A program made the translations under genes and the position numbers. Below the pieces are notes generated by a model. The model had not been told where the DNA came from. It searched no databases and saw only the letters and a list, made by a program, of their open reading frames with translations. Shown here in pieces: positions 1-6,916 of a DNA stretch of 7,946 nucleotides (the stretch's first letter is position 1; every line of letters starts with the position of its first letter). The DNA comes from Octopus sinensis (taxonomy: Eukaryota). The stretch lies in assembly GCF_006345805.1 (NCBI RefSeq), contig NW_021828753.1, positions 1 through 7,946 on the forward strand. Direction: 5' to 3'.

Positions 1-39
1 CTGGTATAAACGGTGGTCGTAGAATGGTGAGGGATGAGT

Positions 40-369
40 AGAGGAGGAAATAAACAAAGGGACGGAGTGAAGGAAGAAGGAGGAAAAATCGAAAAAGAAG
101 AGAAAAGGCGGAATGAAGGCAGGAAAGAAGGAATGAAAATAAGAAAGAACGAACTGAAGAAAGGAAGTAAGGAAGGAAAGAAGGAAGGGAGGGAGGGATG
201 GAGGAAGGAAAGAAGGAATGAACGAACGAACGAAAGGAAGAAGACAGAAAGAAAGAAAGAAAGAAAGAAAGAAGGAAGGAAAAAGAGAAAAGAGAGTAGA
301 AAAGAAAGAAAAGGAAAAGAAAGAAAGAAAGAAAAGAAAGAAAGAGAAAAGAAAGGAGGAAATGAAAGG

Positions 370-408
<39 letters not shown>

Positions 409-419
409 GAAAAGAAAGA

Positions 420-457
<38 letters not shown>

Positions 458-473
458 GAAGAAAAAAAGAAAA
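40..473 (+). repeat. Purine-rich compound microsatellite, (GGAA)n grading into (GAAA)n
   Basis: Almost exclusively A/G on the + strand, with long perfect GAAA runs (e.g. ~247-272, ~378-407). Source of the K/E/R-rich ORFs 34-534 and 218-598. Confidence 0.95.
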
Positions 474-1130
474 TGAATTCATTTCAAAGGAGCTTGGGTA
501 TTCTTCAACAACCATATTGTTTTCCTTCTGTTGAACTTCTCGTGGAAGAATTTTTATATCAGAGACAACCCGGTTGCATGAACGCATATCAACAATAAAC
601 TTTGGATAGTCTGAAGAATGTGCTCATGGATTCTCCGAAAGAACTTTTCTCTCCACAAATCCAATCACCATAATCTTTCTTTTACTTTTATTATAATTAA
701 TAATTTTTTTTTCGCTCGGACTCACTTTGAATATTCCTTCTCACTTTGCTCTCCTCTTTATCCAACAGAAAACAGTTTGAGATGGGAAGTAACTCGGAGA
801 TCAATCGCAAAATGATGGTCATTCTGGTCAACTTCGACATATGAGTGTTTGAAGGAAAGGATTTTAAAGAAATAACACAAATAGTTAAGAAGAAAATAAG
901 CTGCGTTTATTCCCGATGGATGAGCGAATATAATTTCAATCCAAACATGAGTTTTGCTTTGAAACCATAATGAGAACAATGACGGTTTTTGATTTTGCGC
1001 TCGTCTGCGATTGGGCAAATGAGTTTGTTGATTGCCGGATGTAATGCTTTTACTGTTCTCATCACTTCAACTCTAGTCGTTTTGATGCAACAGGTCACAT
1101 TTTACACTTCTCAGATCGATCTAGGCAACA

Positions 1131-1187
1131 CTTTGTGAGTGAATTTGGTTGACGGAAGCTGAATCGAAACCCATCGTATATATATAC
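1131..1187 (+). mobile_element. Fragment of an octopus-type tRNA-derived SINE (body segment preceding its internal microsatellite)
   Basis: CTTTGTGAGTGAATTTGGTTGACGGAAGCTGAATCGAAACCCATCGTATATATA resembles, from memory, the common octopus SINE segment 'ccttgtgagtggatttggtagacggaaactgaaagaagcccgtcgtatata'. There is no second in-window copy to confirm it. Confidence 0.5.
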
Positions 1188-1322
1188 GAAGAAGGGGATT
1201 GTTCCTTGTGTGGTATGTCTTGTACTCTGTTTTTTCGTTGTTTGAAAAAAGTCCGTTTCCATGATTTTACTTTTATGTTTTCATTTCTCATTGTGTTCGA
1301 CGCTTTTTTGGTGTCCTGTACC

Positions 1323-1424
1323 TATATATGCATGTATATATACATATAGATGTAGGTATGTACATATATGTATGTATATATGCATATGTTTTATTTATTA
1401 TTTTGCTATTATATATATATATAT
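1323..1424. repeat. Degenerate (TA)n/(TATG)n low-complexity tract
   Basis: Direct reading: atatatgcatgtatatatacatatagatgtaggtatgtacatatatgtatgtatatatgc...atatatatatat. Confidence 0.85.
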
Positions 1425-1638
1425 GAGAGAGGTTTTGGCATCCAGAAGACCCAAGAGGCAGGTAAGGCTATGTAAGTGCTTCAGAAGGACCGCTATTAGA
1501 CTCCTGGTTCGATAATAGTGTGAGAGAGGAGTCTTAGGTGGGTCGTGTGTGAGCATGTATATGTTAAATAAAATGAGACAACAAAGGCAAGGCAGTGCGA
1601 AATTTCTAGGACATTTATGTATGTGTATATATGTGCAT

Positions 1639-1746
1639 GTGTGTGTGTGTTTGACCCCCATACTACTTGACAACCGGTGCTAACACAACGGTTCGACAAA
1701 AATGATCGATAAACACCAGAATCTTTTAAAAAATAATTACTGAGGG
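1639..1746 (+). mobile_element. Fragment of the same SINE family (segment following the internal (TG)n microsatellite)
   Basis: (TG)n then GTGTTTGACCCCCATACTACTTGACAACCGGTGCT..AACGGTTCGACAAAAATGATCGATA, resembling the recalled consensus 'gtgtttgtccccccaacatcgcttgacaaccgatgct...gcggttcggcaaaagagaccgataga'. Confidence 0.5.
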
Positions 1747-1869
1747 TAAAAGACAAATGATGAGGCGAGGTGGCCGAATGCACCTATCGGAGTGATCTCC
1801 GCTAAAGGCACTCAACATGCCATCTGGCGGTGACTTTGAAACGGGCAACGTATTGATTTTACTATCGGA

Positions 1870-1969
1870 GTTGGGCATGGCAGGATTTGAACTTGGAACG
1901 CAAAGAACCGAAACAAATACTACAAAACATCAGATGCGACATTCTTACATTTCCGGTAATCTACCCACC
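1870..1969 (-). mobile_element. tRNA-derived SINE head (family B), diverged, 3'-truncated
   Basis: Pol III B-box GTTCAAATC on the minus strand (1884-1892). Collinear similarity to the copies at 2317-2442 and 3189-3398 (GATTTGAACT..GAACGCAAAGAACCGAAACAAATACTACAAAACAT). Confidence 0.65.
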
Positions 1970-1985
1970 ACCCTAGATAGTTACG

Positions 1986-2017
1986 CTTCTCTCTCTCTCT
2001 ATATATATATATATATC

Positions 2018-2052
<35 letters not shown>

Positions 2053-2315
2053 CATATATATCCTCTCTCTATCTATCTATCTCTTTCTCTCTTTCTCCAC
2101 TTTGTCTCTATCTCTCTTTCTCTCTCCCTCTTTCTCCCTCTCTCCATCTCTCTATCTCTCTCTATCTATCTCTCCTCTCTCTCCTTTCTCTCTATCTCTC
2201 TATCTCTCTCTTTGTCTCTATCTCTCTTTCTCTCTCCCTCTCTCTCTTTCTCTCTCCCTCTCTCTCTTTCTCTCTCTCTCTCCATCTCTCTCTCCCTTCC
2301 TTTCCCCCTCTCTTT
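1986..2315 (+). repeat. Compound (CT)n/(TA)n/(CTAT) polypyrimidine microsatellite
   Basis: Direct reading. Contains an exact 32-bp higher-order duplication (2100-2131 = 2210-2241). Source of the L/S/Y/I-rich ORF 1817-2335. Confidence 0.95.
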
Positions 2316-2316
2316 C

Positions 2317-2442
2317 ATTGACCTCGAAAGGATGAAAGGCAAAGTCAGCGTCGTCGTGATTTGAACTCAGAAGGTAAAATAGCGAACGAAATAACGCAAA
2401 GCATTCTGTCTGACACCGATGACTCGCTTGATTCGCCGCCTT
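2317..2442 (-). mobile_element. tRNA-derived SINE (family B), head plus start of central domain
   Basis: Minus strand begins AAGGCGGCGA. B-box GAGTTCAAATC (2358-2368) is followed by GACTTTGCCTTTCATCCTTTCGAGGTCAAT. Aligns without gaps to 3272-3397. Confidence 0.85.
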
Positions 2443-2560
2443 TGCGTTTTAGTTACAGAAACGAACACGAAACCTAGCGACACCTGTTGTTGATTCCAAA
2501 TGAAAGCGGGAGATAATTTCAAGGAATGAAGAATCATTTACATGTCGCAGGCAAGGGACA

Positions 2561-2602
2561 ACTATAGACATGTTTCGATCTGTTAAACCTCATTAGTGTA
2601 GT
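2561..2602 (-). ncRNA. Minimal type-I hammerhead ribozyme motif, degenerate (G5A), Penelope-like-element type
   Basis: Minus strand reads ACTACA-CTAATGA-GGTTTAACAGATC-GAAA-CATG-TC^TATAGT. Stem I pairs 5/6 (ACTACA/TATAGT). The core CUAAUGA differs from CUGANGA at one base. Stem II is G-C closed (GGUUU/AGAUC). GAAA is intact, stem III is the palindromic ACAUGU, and the cleavage triplet is GUC. Confidence 0.7.
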
Positions 2603-3188
2603 ACAATCTAAGCAGATACGCAGATCAGCAGGCATAGTTGTTTGGGTTTTCTTACGTATATAAAAAAAAGGTGTTGTGTTACGAACGGGTTTTTAACCAG
2701 AATAATTTGAGATAATTTATAATTTTCAAGATCGTTACATATAGAATTGATAATGAGTGCCTTACAACGATGCTTTGATTAATCAATATAACCTGTACTT
2801 AACGATCGCTAAATTAGTTCTCACATTGGCGGAATGCTATTGCCATTCAGAAACAGCAATTATCCTCAAAATTAATCATGCAGTACAGTTAATTAATCAT
2901 TAAGCAATCATTACTGGCAATGTTGAGTTTTGTATGCTTAAAATTATGTTACCTGAAAATGTTATCGCAGTAGGGGGCTTTCTATGAGACATGAGGCTGA
3001 AACAAAGAAACTATGGGGAGATAACCGTGACTATAACGTGTTATCAGAAATTTGAATAAGTTTTTTTTGTTTTTTTGTTTCATTATTATTGTTCTTAATC
3101 TCTTGGAATAATATGGACAGTTAATCAGTTCCTCCAGCGTATGTGTGATCGAGACCCCATCAATGACCCTGAAAGGGACATCAGTCAG

Positions 3189-3398
3189 TTACTGGGCCCA
3201 AGACCAGCGATTTTGGGGGGCAGAGACAATTCGATTACATTGACCCCAGTACATGATAGGTACTTAAGTACACCGACCCCGAAGGGATGAAAAGGAAAGT
3301 TGAGCTCAGCGAACTTTGTACTCAGAAAGTAAAGAGCCGGACGAAATTCTGCAAAGCATTTAGTCCGGTGTATTAAAAATTCTTCCAGTTCACTGTCT
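3189..3398 (-). mobile_element. Near full-length tRNA-derived SINE (family B)
   Basis: Head and central domain align with 2317-2442 (CGACCCCGAAGGGATGAAAAGGAAAGTTGAGCTC...). The 3' part (TTGACCCCAGTAC...GGTACTT, TTTTGGGGGG) matches a common octopus SINE as recalled. The B-box has decayed (GAGTACAAAGT). Confidence 0.85.
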
Positions 3399-3477
3399 CA
3401 CAATAATAATGTGGAATTCCTTGACTCCTTTTTTGTTTTATTTCATTTTATCTATTTTATATTCATTTTTTTTTTTA

Positions 3478-3783
3478 TTCTTCTCAACCATTCGACTGCA
3501 GGTATGCTGGAGACACCCTTCATATGGTGGGTTTTAGTTGGTTATATGGTCTTTTAGCGCAGGGACCTGGGAATTCGAACACCTGAAAAGAGGCGGGAAC
3601 AGTTAACTCAGGGTTAACCCTTTTCAAGCAACCACTGATATTCATCATCAGCTGTGTGAACTGAAGCAACGTAAAAGAATGTCTTGCTCAAGAACACTGT
3701 GCACCGTCCTGTCAGTGGATCGAAACTACGAAGTCATGATCCTGATCCCATTACCTAAACCACCAGGCTAGAAGCCTTCCACA
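3478..3783 (-). mobile_element. tRNA-derived CORE-like SINE (family A), diverged
   Basis: Minus strand has an A-box-like TAGCCTGGTGG, a B-box-like GTTTCGATCC, and the CORE-like GTGTTCTTGAGCAAGACATTCTTTTACGTTGCTTCAGTTCACACAGCTG (3649-3697), homologous to 3889-3939. The tail CTCCAGCATACCTGCAGTCGAATGG resembles a recalled octopus SINE tail. Confidence 0.8.
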
Positions 3784-3824
3784 TATATTTGTTTGTATGT
3801 GTATGTATGGATACATGTTGTAAT

Positions 3825-4122
3825 GATGCGTGGCTTAGTGGTATAGGTATTCGGCTCACGTCGTGAGTTCGATTCACGGTGATGCGTTCTGTCCTTCAGC
3901 AAGACACTTCATTTCACGTTGCTCCAGTCCAGTCAGCTGGCAAAAATGAGTTGCACCCGAGTTTCCAAAAGCAAACCTTGTCACATTCCGTTTCTTCCAA
4001 AGAACTACATTAATAATTACGTGTGTCTGTGGAGTGCTCAGCCATTCGCATATTAATTACAAAAGCAGGCTCTGGCGTTAATTGGATCAACTGGAACCCG
4101 TCATCGTAACCGAGGGAGAGCC
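3825..4122 (+). mobile_element. Near full-length tRNA-derived CORE-like SINE (family A)
   Basis: Consensus A-box TGGCTTAGTGG (3831-3841) and B-box GTTCGATTC (3867-3875). CTGTCCTTCAGCAAGACACTTCATTTCACGTTGCTCCAGTCCAGTCAGCTGGCAAAAATGAG resembles the MIR-type CORE (ctgtgaccttgggcaagtcactt...catctgtaaaatgg). The 3' end is GGATCAACTGGAACCCGTCATCGTAACCGAGGGAG. Confidence 0.9.
3831..3875 (+). promoter_or_regulatory. Internal RNA polymerase III type-2 promoter (A-box and B-box) of the SINE
   Basis: TGGCTTAGTGG matches TRGCNNAGYGG and GTTCGATTC matches GTTCRANNC. The spacing of 25 nt is short. Confidence 0.75.
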
Positions 4123-4415
4123 AGGATCATGAGTGTATATATGGACGTAGCAGACAGGTAAAGATGGAAAATGCACCTATTTTTCCATATATTGAAAATC
4201 CATAATCCATTTTCGACTTCATGAGGTCAACCAATACATATATGAGGTTAGATAAATAAAACACACGGTAGAAAAAACAAATAAGTATGAACCGGAACAT
4301 CAATGATAGAATGTGTACAATGAAAAAAAATCGAAGCTCTAATTCTTCGGAGACACTCTGTATGAAAGAGAAGTAAAAGGAACAAGAGACGTAAGAGAAA
4401 AGAAATAAAAATTAT

Positions 4416-4660
4416 ACTAATGCAGTATATGGGGATCGGACAATATGCATAAGACAGTGTCAACGATGGTTCCAGAAATGCCGAGTCGAAAACTACAGCC
4501 TAGAAGTCTTCAAAATCATATGGATGGAACAAATATGAATTTTGTAGACGAGGTCAGAAAAGTACAGGAGTATTTTTTGTCACAGACAAATGAATTTTAG
4601 AAGAGGGGCCTTGTAAGTCTACCAGATAGATGGAAGATCACTGTAGAAAATGTAGATTAA
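4416..4660 (+). pseudogene. Mariner transposase pseudogene fragments (N-terminal HTH fused out of frame to the C-terminus)
   Basis: 4416-4505 translates TNAVYGDRTICIRQCQRWFQKCRVENYSLE (HTH; cf. mariner 'INxxFG...xCQxWFxKF..GxxSLEDE'). 4505-4660 in another frame gives SLQNHMDGTNMNFVDEVRKVQEYFLSQTNEF*KRGLVSLPDRWKITVENVD* (C-terminus after YSPDLAPSD; cf. 'F(Y/W)xxGIxxLPxRWxxxV'), with an internal stop at 4598. Confidence 0.88.
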
Positions 4661-4735
4661 AAAAAGAATTTTGTTTATCTTAATTGTGAGAAATAAAATA
4701 AGTATAAAAACTGCATTATTTATGGGATGGCCCAA
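4416..4735 (+). mobile_element. Mariner DNA transposon remnant: 5'-truncated, internally deleted, right TIR retained
   Basis: Two transposase segments are present (see next feature). Right TIR 4708-4735 reads TTGGGCCATCCCATAAATAATGCAGTTT on the minus strand, similar to Hsmar1-type TTAGGTTGGTGCAAAAGTAATTGCGGTTT, and is immediately followed by TA (4736-4737). Confidence 0.9.
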
Positions 4736-4757
4736 TATAGACGCATATATACATCCG

Positions 4758-4870
4758 TGCATACATACATAATACATACATAATACATATATACATACAT
4801 GACATACATACACATACATACATACATACATACATACATACATACATAAATGCATATATATATATATATA
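4758..4870 (+). repeat. (CATA)n microsatellite followed by (TA)n
   Basis: Direct reading. The complement gives the MYVC-repeat ORF 4619-4855. Confidence 0.95.
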
Positions 4871-5207
4871 CTTATATTTTAAGTTTCTTTAACCGTATAC
4901 ATACTTTCAAACATACACACATACATACATACCTACAAAGCATTTATTTATATAAGTTTCCAGGCGTATATCTAATTAAAAATAGCAGTGTGCGTATAAA
5001 CGCGCATCTATATGCGTCTGTGTGCGCGTACAGATAAAACTAGTCTCAATTTACACGCTTATACACAAAAATAGTCTATATACAACATAAATCTCAAGAT
5101 AATACCGTATTATTACTACAGAGTAAAACCATGTTAACATTATCTTTAAAATCCTTTTCGATGTCTTTCGGATCACATTTAAAGCAAGTTATTTGGATAG
5201 CATTGCG

Positions 5208-5235
<28 letters not shown>
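5208..5235. repeat. (TA)14 microsatellite
   Basis: Perfect dinucleotide run. Confidence 0.97.
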
Positions 5236-5238
<3 letters not shown>

Positions 5239-5796
5239 GACTTGTGAATGCGATTTATCGTTGTCTTGTATAAATGTCTTTATGTGTTTAACAACGTAAC
5301 TGATACAGACTCTAGTCTGACACTTTTCCCGCCTTCGTCATTTAGACGGGTGTTTCGTAGCTGGTTGTGGTCTCTTTAATGAGGGTATTTGTTGTTATAC
5401 GCCTTGTTTAACTAATGGATGGTTGGTAATCGATCTTTTATGTATGTACATATGTATGAATATACGCATGTGTGGTGTGTTTGTGCGGTGCATACGCATG
5501 TTTGTGTGTAAATAACGAATATAAACCCTCAAAATACTCCCTATAATCCAATCACACTCACCCATCATTGCATACATATATGCACATGATCACCCACCTC
5601 CCATAAACGCAGACACTCACGAGTGCGCGCGCACAAACATCCGTGCATACATAGATAGATTTTGTAGTACAAGCAGGATAAACAGAACACAAAATGTGTA
5701 TGTATATATTACCATTTTAGGAATTGTACCTTTTATTAATGCTACCAGTTTACAGAAATTCAGCACATACTTATATTCCATGCAGATATATATATA

Positions 5797-6194
5797 TCTT
5801 TATATATAAAAGTAAGGTTGTGTGTCTGTCTCCTACGATTTAAATTCCTAACTACTCCCACATTTTGCGGTGCAGTGTAACCAAAACCGGGTATCTTATA
5901 GTCGGGATTCATATCGAGCCCTTCTGGGTATTAGCGCGCGTCTACGATGAGTCTACGATTTTAAAAAAAAATTACCATCAATTTTTTCCATTTTAATGCA
6001 TTTTTTCGCTATTATATAAGGGAAGTAACTCTCTAAAAATGTCTACGATGAGTCAACGATTTTTAAAAAAGTTTACCATCATTTTTTTTCCATTTTTAAT
6101 GCATTTTTTTTGCTATTTTAGGCTATAACTCTCTAAAAATGCTTATATAGTTATTTCCCTTACAAACCCGAGCAACGCCAGGCGATACTGCTAG
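5797..6194 (+). mobile_element. Complete non-autonomous Helitron (398 bp)
   Basis: 5' end is A|TCTTTATATATAAAAG (TC start). 3' end has an imperfect GC-rich hairpin CCCGAGCAACGCCAGG (6167-6182), an 8-nt spacer, then CTAG|T (6191-6195). Inserted between A and T inside a (TA)n run with no TSD. No Rep/helicase coding sequence. Confidence 0.85.
5940..6140 (+). repeat. Two-unit ~100-bp tandem duplication inside the Helitron
   Basis: Unit 1 (5940-6040) and unit 2 (6041-6140) both begin GTCTACGATGAGTC(T/A)ACGATTTT and end TAACTCTCTAAAAAT. Confidence 0.95.
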
Positions 6195-6383
6195 TATATA
6201 TATATGTTGTGCGCGAGTGTGTATGTGTGTATAAATATATATATATGTAAACTTTCTTAGGTGACAGACTTTCTTTAATTTTCGTCCTTGTCTCTTACCG
6301 TTTCAGGATTTAGCTTCTTCCATTATTTTGCGCTATTACACCTTGACTGTGTTTTTTCTGTGCCTGATCGAAAGACTGCAGTT

Positions 6384-6552
6384 TATGTGTGTGTGTGTGG
6401 TGTGTGTGCGCGCGCATACATGTATGTATGTATGTATGTATGTATGTATGTATGTGTGTATGTATGTATGTGTGTATGTATGTAGGTATGTGTGTATGTG
6501 TGTGTATGTATGTATGTATGTATGTATGTATGTATGTATGTATGTATGTGTA
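6384..6552 (+). repeat. (TG)n/(CG)n/(TATG)n alternating purine-pyrimidine microsatellite
   Basis: Direct reading. Source of the MYVC/YIHT ORFs at 6288-6688. Confidence 0.95.
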
Positions 6553-6820
6553 TCTTCTGTTAAAGTATTTATCGTTCCCCCCCCCCGGCAATATGCTGTT
6601 CTTCACTTTTAGTTGTTGTTTCTTCATCATCTCAATGATATTCCTAATATCAGTGAAGCAACGAGACGTGTACTCTTATGGAATATAAAGTCGTTCGATC
6701 TTGAACTCACCGTAATCATACTGACTCTGGTCTCCTCGGCTGATGAGGAGAGGCTTTCTATGTTTCGATTTTGCCCTTTGCATTGATGAACAGAAGTTAA
6801 TCATGTCCATGTCGATTTTC

Positions 6821-6916
6821 CATACACACACAAACATACATACACGCGCACTCACACACACACATTGACAGATAGATTCATATACATACGTCATACACAC
6901 ACACGCACACATATAT
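6821..6916 (+). repeat. Degenerate (CA)n/(CATA)n tract
   Basis: Direct reading: catacacacacaaacatacatacacgcgcactcacacacacaca... Confidence 0.85.

Noticed and set aside
34-598. K/E/R-rich ORFs (166 aa and 126 aa)
   Set aside because: Translations of the (GAAA)n/(GGAA)n microsatellite, which lacks stop codons by composition. No domain signal.
611-640. CTGAAGA...CGAAA hammerhead-like string; likewise CTGATGA on the minus strand at 3645-3651
   Set aside because: The only stem overlaps the core, and there is no stem III/NUH or stem I. The second hit lies inside a SINE with no stem II.
1784-1871. 10-bp direct repeat CTATCGGAGT (1784-1793, 1862-1871) as a TSD
   Set aside because: The 68 bp between the repeats has no recognisable element features, so it cannot be distinguished from chance.
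1817-2335. 172-aa L/S-rich ORF
   Set aside because: Reads through an antisense SINE head and the (CT)n/(TA)n tract. Low-complexity artefact.
3825-3885. tRNA gene
   Set aside because: A and B boxes are present but there is no cloverleaf or acceptor stem, and the sequence continues into a SINE CORE. It is a tRNA-derived SINE head.
5338-5385. Second degenerate hammerhead on the minus strand (CGAAAC-ACCC-GTC)
   Set aside because: The core has two mismatches (TTAAAGA), and neither stem I nor stem II pairs.
6288-6688. Four overlapping MYVC/YIHT-repeat ORFs (also 4619-4855, 5395-5577, 6676-7038)
   Set aside because: Translations of (TATG)n/(TG)n/(CA)n repeats.
6731-6770. CTGATGA (6740-6746) as a hammerhead core or snoRNA box C; 7-bp hairpin 6731-6751
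   Set aside because: No downstream GAAA after a stem II and no box D/terminal stem. The hairpin sequesters part of the motif.
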